64,000 nucleotides of DNA from Amphiscolops sp. MND2022. Its lineage: Eukaryota. A model generated the notes under the pieces. The model had not been told where the DNA came from. It searched no databases and saw only the letters and a list, made by a program, of their open reading frames with translations. Position numbers and translations under genes: made by a program. Positions 50,556 through 61,280 of this stretch are shown piece after piece; within the stretch, counting starts at the first letter, position 1; each line of letters starts with the position of its first letter. Where the stretch lies: the NCBI GenBank assembly GCA_964187785.1, contig OZ076409.1:60576001-60640000 (forward strand), read 5' to 3'.

Positions 50556-51577
50556 CATCAACAGACGCCACCAACAGCACCCGTCAACTCTCATCTTCGA
50601 ATTCCACATCTTCTACGAGCAACAGATCAGCACCCATCTTCATTTCATCGCCGCCCAACAGTTGCCCACCTTCATTCATCTGCTGACCCTTCTTCTTCCA
50701 TCTTCCCATCGTCCATCATCACCCACATGCTCAGCCGAAGATGATCGATAATTAATAATAAAGAAAACTCAAAGAAAAAACACTGTGCATGATAACATTT
50801 CGAAAAGTTTCAAACTCATCTAATATTTAAAGAATTCAAACTTTTACCGAAATTATTCATTATGTAGTTACTATTTCAAATTTCATCCCCACCCATATTA
50901 TTGCCCAAAAATCTTTTATTCATATCCATACCGATATTTATTTGCTTTATTTTTAAAGAATAATTAGTAATAATTATTATTTTTCGGTGCTATCCTATCC
51001 AAAAAATTCACAAATATTATCAACAAATCTTTTCAAATTTCAACAAAACCAACTCAAAATCAGATCAAGCACATTGTTCAGATCAAATTTGAATAATGAC
51101 AGACACAAATTCTCAAAGTTTTCAACATTTGTTACATAACAAACCCGCCAAAGTTAATCACAACCTGAAATTTTTTCAAACGTATTCCACGTTCAAAAAT
51201 TTTTCTTTCTCAACAATATTATTTCCTTGACTCTTTGACCTTTAACTCGTATGATGTTTGCTCACGTTTGTTCAATGCGAAGTTCATTCAAAACTTCAAC
51301 AGAAGCATAAAATTGAGCATCTACCAGTTCAAAAAACAAGCCGACGAAAGCATAGTGAAAAAGAACACTTTGACGCTTTTTGAACTGTAGTCGCACCTAC
51401 GAGGTGTCAATCAAAATTTTGACAATTCGAGGTACACCAATGAGTCGAACTACACCACTTTTAACGAGACTTATGCCAATCATACATCAAATGAAAAATG
51501 TTAACTAGCTGAAACGCTAAGAACATTTAAACAAAAAATTTTTCTTCATTTCATGATGCTACTTTAGATTTTTATAT

Positions 51578-51592
51578 AAAAACCGGGATGGA
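51578..51592 (+). promoter_or_regulatory. Polypurine tract-like sequence
   Basis: AAAAACCGGGATGGA immediately before the 3' LTR TG. Confidence 0.6.
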
Positions 51593-51860
51593 TGTACTGA
51601 TCTACATTAATAACCAATAGTATTTAGATGTTTATAGAATGTTCTAGAATGTACATTTATTTGTTATTGAATGATTGTAAATCTCTACTCCTTCAGAGAG
51701 AGAAAACTAATAATCAGTATTCAGTTGACTTCCTTTTTGTTCTACTCCTAACACCTCGGAATAGTTGTAATAAAGTAAGCTAGCTAGCCTGTCTCTCAGC
51801 CGCTTTTAGTAGTTGCGTATAAGACCATAAAAACAATAACCAACCATTAAAAGCAGCACA
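51593..51860 (+). repeat. 3' LTR (268 bp)
   Basis: Matches 33412-33679. Confidence 0.95.
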
Positions 51861-52660
51861 CGAACAACCGGACAGGACTGATTGAAGCCGGATACCGGCC
51901 GGACCGGACAATATCCTCAATTGTAAGCGATGAAGGGCTGTTTTCAGAACTGGGTATTGAGGATAACGAAAAATTACGAAAAACGAAGCAGGCTTTTACC
52001 ACAGAGCGGTGAAAAACTATTTTCCCTGTGCCATAATATAATGAAACTTGATTCACAGTCACAATTTCAATTTTTCGATGCACATATACCTTTTCTAAGT
52101 TACATATTCCGATTGTTTAAGATTATATTTCAAGATAATATCGTAAAAAGTCCATTGTAAAAAGTCCGGCTGGATACCGGACAGGACATTTTGCTGAAAT
52201 TCGGTCGGATACCGAACTGGACTTGTTGTCCGATACATCTCTAGCTGGTAAAACCTCAGATTGTACGTCAAAATTTTAAAAAAGTTTAGTACACAATGTT
52301 TGCATGCAATTGGTTTTTTGTAAAAGCAAGGTGGCAGCATCCGTATTCAACGTGTATTTTCTCAGTTATATGAGGAAGATTATGTTAACGGTGTAATTCA
52401 TTTCACTCCACATTCATTTCACAACAAATCGTTTCGCCGCCCCTCATCCATTTTACCCCCACATTGAATTCACACCATATTGTATTTATACAATTACGTC
52501 TCGCCTTAATTAACCAATTAACAACAAGCATTTGATGCCTACTGTATAATTTGAGTCAGTTTTGATTTGATTGTCAGGTTCTGGCCATACGTGATTATTA
52601 AAACGAAATATGTAAATTTTTGCTGAAGATTCGCAGCATCCATAGTTAAAGATTTGATTA

Positions 52661-52839
52661 GGCAACGGTCGCTTTTTTAAAATGGGACGAATGGCCGCTT
52701 GTGACGAACTGCCGCTTGGGACGAAGTGCCGCTTGGGACGAAGTGCCGCTTGGGACGAAGTGCCGCTTGGGACGAATTGTCGCTTTTTGAAATTTGGGAC
52801 GAATTGTCGCTCGGGACGAGTCGTCGCTGAATGATTGCC
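52661..52839. repeat. Short element with a 17-bp minisatellite (TTGGGACGAAGTGCCGC)n
   Basis: About three perfect and several degenerate units, bounded by GGCAA...TTGCC. Confidence 0.8.
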
Positions 52840-53849
52840 CAGTTGTAATGCAGTGTTCAAAAAAAGTTGTTGACAAATGTTTGATTTTTTGGTCGCCTGA
52901 ATTTTTTCTGCGCTGCGTTTTTCGTGTTCCCCGGTGAACCGGAAAGCATGAAAACGTTTCAATCCTAAAATATGATTGCTTTTCAACATAGTCATTGAAG
53001 TTTTTGAACTTTTCTGTCAGTCTTTCGAGATTGATCTCTTATTACATAACCAATTTATCTGACACTGATTTTAGAATCTTCTCAGGGTGTCCAAACATCT
53101 TTTGTGACTTATGATTGACAGACTGAAAAGCGATTTTCTGAGCTATTTTGAATGAGTTGTTGACAAATATTTCGAAATTTGAGGGCCCCAAAATTTTACA
53201 TCCAGAAATTACGTACTAATTTACGTACTAATAATGTTGCTGATGTAATTAAGAAAACTGGTACTTTCCCGATATTCTTCCGCTTCGAATTTCCTCATTC
53301 TTAGCTTGACTCTTTCACTTACGATTTTATCACAATTTACCGGTGCTTTTACTTACAATCGCAATTTTAGTTTTTTAGAAGTGCGAATCGAAAATTTTGA
53401 CAAATACGAACACGAAAAACAATATCAAACTTTTTGTGTTCCTAATCTAAAAATGCCGCTATTGACGCAGTGGCCAGAATTTTGCTCAAACTGAAACTTT
53501 GATTTTTTGTTGAAGAATTTTGCTGAAGAATTTTGTTAGAATTCATTTGATATAGCAACAAAACTGAAAATCTGAGTTGTCAGATCAAAATATAGGTTGA
53601 AATTTTAAATATCTAATAGTCTGGGGAACCACATATACAAGCCTTGCTCTAAAAGCAGGAGCAAAGTGAAGCGGTAGTTTTGACCAAGTTGGAGTTAAGC
53701 GACAAGCAAGATTTTTACTTGCTTTCAAAATCGATCAGGGGAATAGCGCTAAAATTTCGACTCACTGGCTGCTGATGAAAGATGTCCTTTTTCGATTCGC
53801 AGTTAAGTTTCTTGCACATTTACTAACAACAACTAACAATACTAAAAGT

Positions 53850-56800
53850 ATGTGGCGTTGGTTACCATGTGCCAATAGGAAGGACAAGTTCGGGAAGGAC
53901 TTCGTGATGTTGGCGGGCCTTGTTTTGCAAGGCAGCGAGGAGTCGATCATCACGACTAAGATCCTCAAAGGAATGTCGGAGAGCTCCATGATCACCCAAT
54001 GGACCGATGACCCCGCCGATATCAATACCATCACTATCGGCAAGGGCATGCGGGAAATGGAGCTGTGGGAAAACCACGCAGTGCCGAGATTCGGATTGTA
54101 TGAGTCATCGCGATGAGTCACCGATATACTTTATGGCAAAAAGCAAAATCAACTGTTCAAACTGGGATACATGTTTTATTCTTTTGACTGATATTTTTAG
54201 TGTAGTTTTTGACGTTCTTAATTTCGAGTCTTCCAAAACAGTCGACGTTTGCCGTTCAACTATTATGATAGGCAGTATTAAAACAGACAGCTGGAAAAAT
54301 TCAATTTCACATCCAAGGGACAAGATGGTTTTCAAATAAGAGAATTTGATGATACTCTTAACAGAAATCGATTTGTAACGAGAGCCGTATCGATTGATGA
54401 AATTTCATGACTGTGCATTGAGATTTTTTGGCCACCTGGTAGGCTATAAACGTTACCCGGCAACAATTTACAGACTTAAACATAGCACGCACTATTATGA
54501 TTTGCGTTTTTATGGGGTCACCGAATGGTACCTGCATTCAAAGTAATGACTCATCTCGCCATCCAGTGCGGCCAAGCCACGCGCGCCTCCTAAGCAGGTG
54601 CACGGTATGATATTCTGTGTGGATGGCACTATCCCCTTTCGGGGGGAGGAGCGGGCCCTGTTGAAAACTATGCTGGACAAAGTCCTCCCCAAGTATGCAC
54701 CCTTCATGGTGCTTATCAACAAGCCATATGGCCATGGACCAAAGTTAGATTTGCTTTCGACCAGTTCTGATTCCGGATTGGTCAACTAAAACTCACTGAC
54801 CGTACTCTGACTCAAAATTTCCTTGTATGATCCTAATATGATCAGCCTTCAATCATGCATTTATCATGCTTTTATCACCTTGAAATCATAAATATGTATG
54901 ACTGACTATTCTATGATCAGCCTACGATCAGTCTGTTTTTGTCCAAGATGCATTGTCCAAAGATACTCAACTTAAGCCCTTTTCAGCGTATTTTAGATGA
55001 GTTTTTAGTCCGAAGCGGTGATTTCTCTAGATCTCATTCAAGGTCGTGTATAGTATAGTTCATCTCTTGTATAGTTCATGGGTTTCTACTAGGTAATTGC
55101 AAAAATTGCTACAAATTGCTAGGACCCGCAAAAATTGCTACACAAAGATTTCGGGAATTTGACAACGTAAACATTTCTCAATTTTGTAAGTTTCATTTTC
55201 CCGCTTGTCAACCATTCAGACCAACATCCGCTTCGAGGACACAGATTTGGCAGGTACTTTGACTTTGAATCACAAAGTTGTCATCCGTGGCCATTTTTAG
55301 TCGGCGCTTTATCCTTTTAAGGAAAAATGCCCGACTATAGCAGTGACTGTTTTTAGTCGGCGCGTTTTCCTTTTAAGGAAAAATGCCCGACTATAGCAGT
55401 GACCTTTTTTTTCTTCAGACTACAATCCTCACACTGATCGGTCCACTTTTCTTACAATTCTTACAATCTTAAAATCTTACAATTCTTACTTCGCAAATTT
55501 AAATAAAATACTTTAAAAGCTTGCGAAGTAGTATTTTTACATCATCTAAGAAACTCAAAGGGAGTATTTTCGGCTCTGTGAGACTTTTTTTCGAAAAAAA
55601 TTTTTTCCCAAAGGGTCCGCCCTTCAATTTTTTTGGAGTTTTCCGACAGAACGGATGTTGAAAAATCCCAAAGGATCCCGAAAAAGGATTTTTTTTCCGA
55701 TAGAAAAACCCTTTTCAGTTTTTTTCGGCATTGTGAGACTTTTTTCAAAAATTTTGTTTCACCAAAAGTGCCCTTCAATTTTTTTTGATGATTTGCCAGA
55801 GAATGGATGAAAAATCTCAAAGTGTCCCCTCTGGTGCGCCAATTCGGTTCAACTTTTGGGTTTTTCCGGTACCGTAGAAGAGAATACTCTGACCATTTTA
55901 AATCCTTTTGCTGTTTTTGAGCCTTAGATATGGCGCCGACTTGGGCCGTTCCCGGCTTATTTTTCTTGTTCAGACTACAATCCTCACACTGATCGGTCCA
56001 CTTTTTAGAAACAATCCTGAAACCACCTAAGGCGCCCAGTCCGACAAAGGGGCCAAGGCAAACTTAGTGCAAAGGGTCCCCCTTTCAATTTTTACTTTTT
56101 CAAGGTAACCTACAAAACCGCCCGAGACTAAAGGGTCCGTCCCCCCTTTTGATTTTTTTCGGCACTGTGCGACTTTTTTTCTAAAATCCTATATATAATA
56201 GAGACACTTTTCTTTTGTCTCGGCAGCTTTGTTACGTAATAGCCGAGAGCCGATCAACATTATCACAGCATATTGCGTAACAATTTGTATGCCAACTGAA
56301 AGATATTTTTGAAAAATGGCATGACAATCAAATTCGATCTTTTTGAAAACTGACTTTGAGAAAAAAAGATCAAATGACTTTGGAAGCCAATTGATTGACA
56401 TGGCTGCTAACATCGAATCTAAAGAAATACCAGTGAAATGGTCGATAAAGGATCTTCGGAAGATCTTCGAGATCAAATATCAACCAAGAACCTTCGGAAG
56501 ATCCTCGAGATCAAAGATCATTCAAGAATCTTCGAAAAACCTTCGAGATCAAAATTCATTCAAAGATCATCGGAAGATCTTCGAGATCAAAGGTCATTCA
56601 AGGAACTCCCGACGTTCTTCATGATCGAAGATCAATGAAGGATCTTGAAGATTTTTGAGGTGAAAGATAATTTAAAGATTTCCGAAAACTCTTCAACCTC
56701 AAATATCGTTCGAGGATATTTAGATAATCGAGATCGAAGACCATTCAATGACCTTCTGAAGATCTTTGAAGGATCTTCTGAAGATCTTCGAGATCGAAGG

Positions 56801-59047
56801 TCATTCAAGAATCTTCGAAAAATCTTCAGATCAATTTTCATTCAAAGATAATCGGAAGATCTTCCAGATCAATTTTCATTCAAAGATAGTCGGAAGATCT
56901 TCGAGATCAAAGGTCATTCAAGGAACTCCCGACGTTCTTCATGATCGAAGATGATTCAAGGATCTTGGGAAGTTTTTTGAGGTAAAAGATAGTTCAAAGA
57001 TTTTCGAAAACTTTTCGAAATCAAATATCAACCAAGACCTTCGGAAGATATTCGAGATCAAAGAGCATTCAAGGACCTTCTGAAGGTCTTTGACATTAAA
57101 GAATATTTGAAGATTTTCGAAAGCCTTTGAAGTTAAAGATCTTCCAAAGATTTTCGGAAGATTTTCGAGATCAAACAACATTCGAGGAGCTTTAGAAAAT
57201 CAAGATCAAAGATCATTCAAGGACCTTCACAAGATGTTCGAGATCAAATAATTTTCAAGGATTTAGAGATCAATCAAGGACCATCGGAAGATCTTCCGTG
57301 TCTTAGATCTTTGAAGGATCTTCGAGATCAAATATCAATATCAAGAACCTTCGGAAGACCTTCGAGAACAAAGATCATTCAAGAATCTTCGGAAGATCTT
57401 TGATATCAAAGAACATTTGAAGATCTTCGGAAGCTTTTGAAGTCAAAGATCTTCCAAAGATTTTCGAGATCAAACAACATTCGAGGAGCTTTAGAAAATC
57501 AAGATCGAAGATCATTCAAGGACCTTCACAAGATGTTCGAGATCGAATATTTTTCAAGGATTTAAAGATCAATCAAGGACCATCGGAAGGTCTTCCGTGT
57601 CTTAGATCTTTCAAGGATCTTCGGAAGAACTTCGAGATCAAATATCAATCAAGAACCTTCGGAAGATCTTCGAGATCAAAGATCATTCAAAAATCTTCGG
57701 AAGATCTTCCATATCACAGATCAGTCACGGATCTGCGGAAGATCTTCGAGATGAAAGTCCATTCAAGGATCTTTGCAAGATCGTTGAGATCAAAGATTAT
57801 TCAAGGGTCTTCGGAAGTTCTTCGATATCAAATATCATCTAAGGATCTTTTTGTAACAGTTTAACGCAAAACACAAGATGTTACTTCAGAAGAGCAATTT
57901 TGCTGTCCTTCGGACATAGGGGTTTGCTAGTTTTTAGTCGGCGCATTTTAGTAGAAAATGTGCCCGACTATTACAGTGGGTAGTTTTTTTAGACACGAAA
58001 GGTCCACTTTTTTGTTCATTTGTTCAACAACCTCAAACTTCAACAACTTCAAACCTCAACAACTCCAACCTCAGAAGCGCGTCCAAAACGAAAAGAAAAA
58101 ACAAAACAGACGTCCACAACCTCGAAAACACACCTTAGCCCCACTTTTTTCAGCACTTTTTTTTGAAGTTTTTTGGATTGCACCAGAGGGTCCCCCCTTC
58201 ATTTGTTTCGATATTTTGCAACACAATGGATGTCAAAAAATCGCAAAGGGTCCTCCCTTTTACATTTTTCGGCACTGTGACACTGTTCAAAAATATCATT
58301 AAAAAGATTTTGGGGAAATTTTTTCATGTCTCCAAAGGGTCCCCCTTCAATTTTTTTCAAATTTTTTGCTACCAGCTGGAGTTTCACAAAGCCCGAAGGG
58401 TCCCCCTATTAAATTTTGAGCCTTAGATATGGCGCCGACTTTGGCCGTTCTCGGCTTGTTTAATGTCCCAAAGGGTCCCTCCTTTGAGTTTTTTGTTATT
58501 TTGCAACAGAATGCATGCTTATAAATCAAAAAGGGTCCCCTTTTACATTTTCCGGCACTGTGCGACATTTTCCGAAAGAAAAATTTTCGAAAATTTCAAG
58601 TTTTTTTCCAAAAAAAAATGTTTTGCGCTTTTTGAGCCTTAGATATAGCACCGACTTTAGACGTTCTCGTCTTGTTTATCAAGCAGTTTGAAAAAGCGCT
58701 TCGCACTTGATTGACAGCTAAGTTCAGACTCACACATCGTTTCGAGATACATTTTGATAGTTGGATCATTTATTTGGTTTTTAATTTGACCAAAAAGTGT
58801 ACGGTTTCTTGCGGGTCACATAGAAATCGCTAATGTATCTATCAGTGTAAGATTTTATTTAACTCGATGACGTAATTTTAGAGACTTGGCGGACTTGGTG
58901 GAGGATCTGGGAATGAATGACATCTTCGACCGGTTCTGGCACGGAAAGGTCATCTGTTGCGACACAGGTGAAGGGTTCCGCAAGAGTCTCAAGGACTTCT
59001 CGGGAATGATCAAGGATTACCGGGAGCCATTGTTCTCGTTCCATTAG
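53850..59047 (+). CDS. Divergent Arf/Arl-like small GTPase-fold protein, 3 exons, 196 aa
   Basis: Exons 53850-54097, 54567-54743 and 58882-59047 are GT-AG, phase-2 compatible and total 591 nt. GMIFCVD, FMVLINK, DLVEDLG and DRFWHGKVICCDTGEGF align by eye with Arf GLIFVVD, LLVFANK, EITDKLG and RNWYIQATCATSGDGL. The start codon is uncertain. Confidence 0.75.
55294..55960 (+). repeat. Helentron-like interspersed repeat copy (duplicated 5' end) in Arf-like gene intron 2
   Basis: AGTCGGCGC at 55299 ... GCGCCGACT at 55933; hairpin GCCG-TTCC-CGGC. Confidence 0.75.
56445..57850. repeat. Satellite built on the palindrome GAAGATCTTC (unit about 38 bp, with higher-order duplications)
   Basis: Repeated TTCGGAAGATCTTCGAGATCAAAGATCATTCAAGGA-type units; blocks ~57100-57320 and ~57410-57620 are near-duplicates. 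Confidence 0.9.
57931..58677 (+). repeat. Helentron-like interspersed repeat with two successive 3' ends
   Basis: AGTCGGCGC at 57936; 3' ends at 58432-58460 (GCCG-TTCT-CGGC) and 58648-58677 (GACG-TTCT-CGTC). Confidence 0.75.
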
Positions 59048-60664
59048 TAAAGTATATTGAGTCTGAGTCCGTTGGTTAGACAAGGCTGTATGGGGCGCTA
59101 ATGAAAGGGGTTGTTTCCAAGGACTACTAGGTGACGCATAAAGACGGCTAACGTACGGTAAGCCCAGATGCTAATAACTAAAACATAAAATCGGTTCCGG
59201 AAAGCGTGAATTTGCGTTGCACGGTCAATGAAATCAATTTTTAGAAACTCCACTCAGAAAACATTATGACGGAAAATGTCCCTGACCAAATAAATTACTC
59301 TGTCTAGTTCAAAATACCTGTCATTTTTTCTGAACGTTTTGTTTCAAATAAAGATTGAAACTTCGTTGTCGTGGTTATTGGTATTTCAAACTTGATTATA
59401 TTAAAAATCTTCATTGCTCATTAGGGCTGCGACTGAGTTTTGTCTAACCAAATGGGAGCATCAACGTGTCTAGCGGGCTCTAAATTTCGCAGTTTTTCGA
59501 AATTGATGGTACCAAATTGCCCGCCAATTTGATTAACCACATCAAGCCAAATGAATGTACTTGGTTGCAAAATCTTTCGCAGTTCGAACACCTAGTTTTT
59601 CACTGTGCAGCAATTCAGGCTGAAGAAAAAACCTCGAATCTTGAAACTGAAAGCTTCGAATAATTGCAAAATATGAATCTATCAAATGGAAATTACTGGC
59701 TTGTGAAACCACATTACAAGATTATGAAAGTCTTTAGATTGACATAGCAGAGCACAAAAACTGGTTATAGGCCAGAGTTCGAAGACATGGAACGTTTGTT
59801 TTATCTTGGTTGAACATGGTACCTTTAGTGATAAGTAAGATCCTTGGTAAGATCATGACATCATGGTAAGCACGGTAAGACATAGCAAATTGAATCATCG
59901 TTCTTATCAAAGTTCAATGTCTTCGAACTCTGGGAGGTAAAAACGTCATTTTTTGATCTCACCAGACCACATTTAGATTGATTTGCCCATTTTAAGCGGA
60001 CACTATTCAAAATAGTGTCTGCCTTAAGAAGCCCACCAAGACATGTCAGTTTGCTCAAGACTCCAAATTTCGTGTTAGTGCCAAGTCATGTGACGTCATT
60101 GTGATGAATTATTTAATAGTTGATCAATTATTTATTAGTAAATATGGAGCATTTTAATGATCAACTAAGCACTGCTACCAATCAAGTTAAACTATTAAAA
60201 GTTTTCTTTTCCCAATTTACAGCTGAGTTGAGAACGAGAGCTTCGATGAAACATTTCCAGTTGAACCCACTGTGCAGAAATTTAATCTCCATTGAAGTTT
60301 GATACTCGGTTTTGGAACAGGCACAAAATTTCTGTCTTTACCAGGTTTTTTACCATCGAAAAAACCCGATTTTTTTTACTAGCGACGACTCAAGTCTCAT
60401 TCTTCATTTGCGCTAATAGAAATATTGACCAGTTAGTCAATCCGGAGAAAGTGACAGGAATAGATCGACCAATAATTTTTAGATGTTGACCAAAACGATG
60501 TCTTCGACTTGTAGAAAGTTTGTTAGCTTTATTCGCACTTCTACGTAAATTACAAAGCTAGAAGAGAATAGCAATATTTTTGTTCTCAAAATAGGTTGAA
60601 AATTGTTCTATTTGAATACTTTGAATTACTCATTTGAATATCATTGAAAAATTACAGCCACTCG

Positions 60665-61280
60665 TTTTTAGTCGGCGCTTTTCCATTAAGGAAAAAGCCT
60701 TACTATTACAGTGACTAATTTTTTAGTTGACGCTTTTCTAGTGACTATTACAGTGGCTTTTTTCGTCAGACCAAAGAGCTCACCCTGTATGTACCACTTT
60801 TTGTGCATTACGCACTTTTACCAATAACCATTCCACAGAAGGGTCCCCTTTCCTTTTTGTTCGGCACAAACGGCTTTGAGTTTTTCGAAAATTTTGCAAT
60901 GTCTCCAAAGGGTCCCCTTTCAAATTTTTGATATTTTGCAACAGAATGGACGTTAAAAACCCAAATGGTCCCCATTTTACATTTTTTTGCCACAATGCGA
61001 CATTTTCCACCAATTTTTTCAAAATGATTTGAATCTTCAATACTATCCGAAGTATACTGCGTTTCACTGAAGGTCGAGGTTTGAAAATATTGCGCTATAT
61101 TCGAATTCTTGACTTTTATTCCGCTATAAGCGACTATATTGCGCTTTACTGAGGAGGCGGAGGTTCGAAAACAAGCGCTCCCATTTGTCCCAGCACGCTA
61201 TATCCGAACTTTTGGCATATCCGTAGTCAATTGCGCATTACTGAGAAGAAAGCGGAGGTTCGAATTTATTGCGCTGTAAT
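60665..61280 (+). repeat. Further copy of the same interspersed repeat family (3' end unclear)
   Basis: TTTTTAGTCGGCGC start and GGGTCCCC cores. Confidence 0.6.

Larger units (their letters stand above)
33412..51860 (+). mobile_element. Giant (18,449 bp) env-bearing Ty3/Gypsy LTR retroelement with accessory ORFs
   Basis: Two 268-bp LTRs with TGT...ACA ends, PBS-like TGG 3 nt after the 5' LTR, purine-rich tract before the 3' LTR. Domain order Gag-PR-RT-RNaseH-IN with a GPF motif, then four more same-strand ORFs. Flanks CGGA/CGAA (4-bp TSD with one mismatch) inside a CCGGA-rich repeat. Confidence 0.95.

Noticed and set aside
51325..51480. Hammerhead ribozyme in the 3' UTR
   Set aside because: No intact CUGANGA...GAAA core with matching stems; kept only as generic structured RNA.
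52700..52820. CRISPR-like array (also considered for 33921-34252 and 56445-57850)
   Set aside because: Repeats are head-to-tail without unique spacers, there are no cas genes, and the context is eukaryotic.
55220..55253. Possible 34-nt extra exon of the Arf-like gene
   Set aside because: Its end phase is incompatible with the last exon, and direct joining of exon 2 to 58882 already gives a gap-free Arf alignment.
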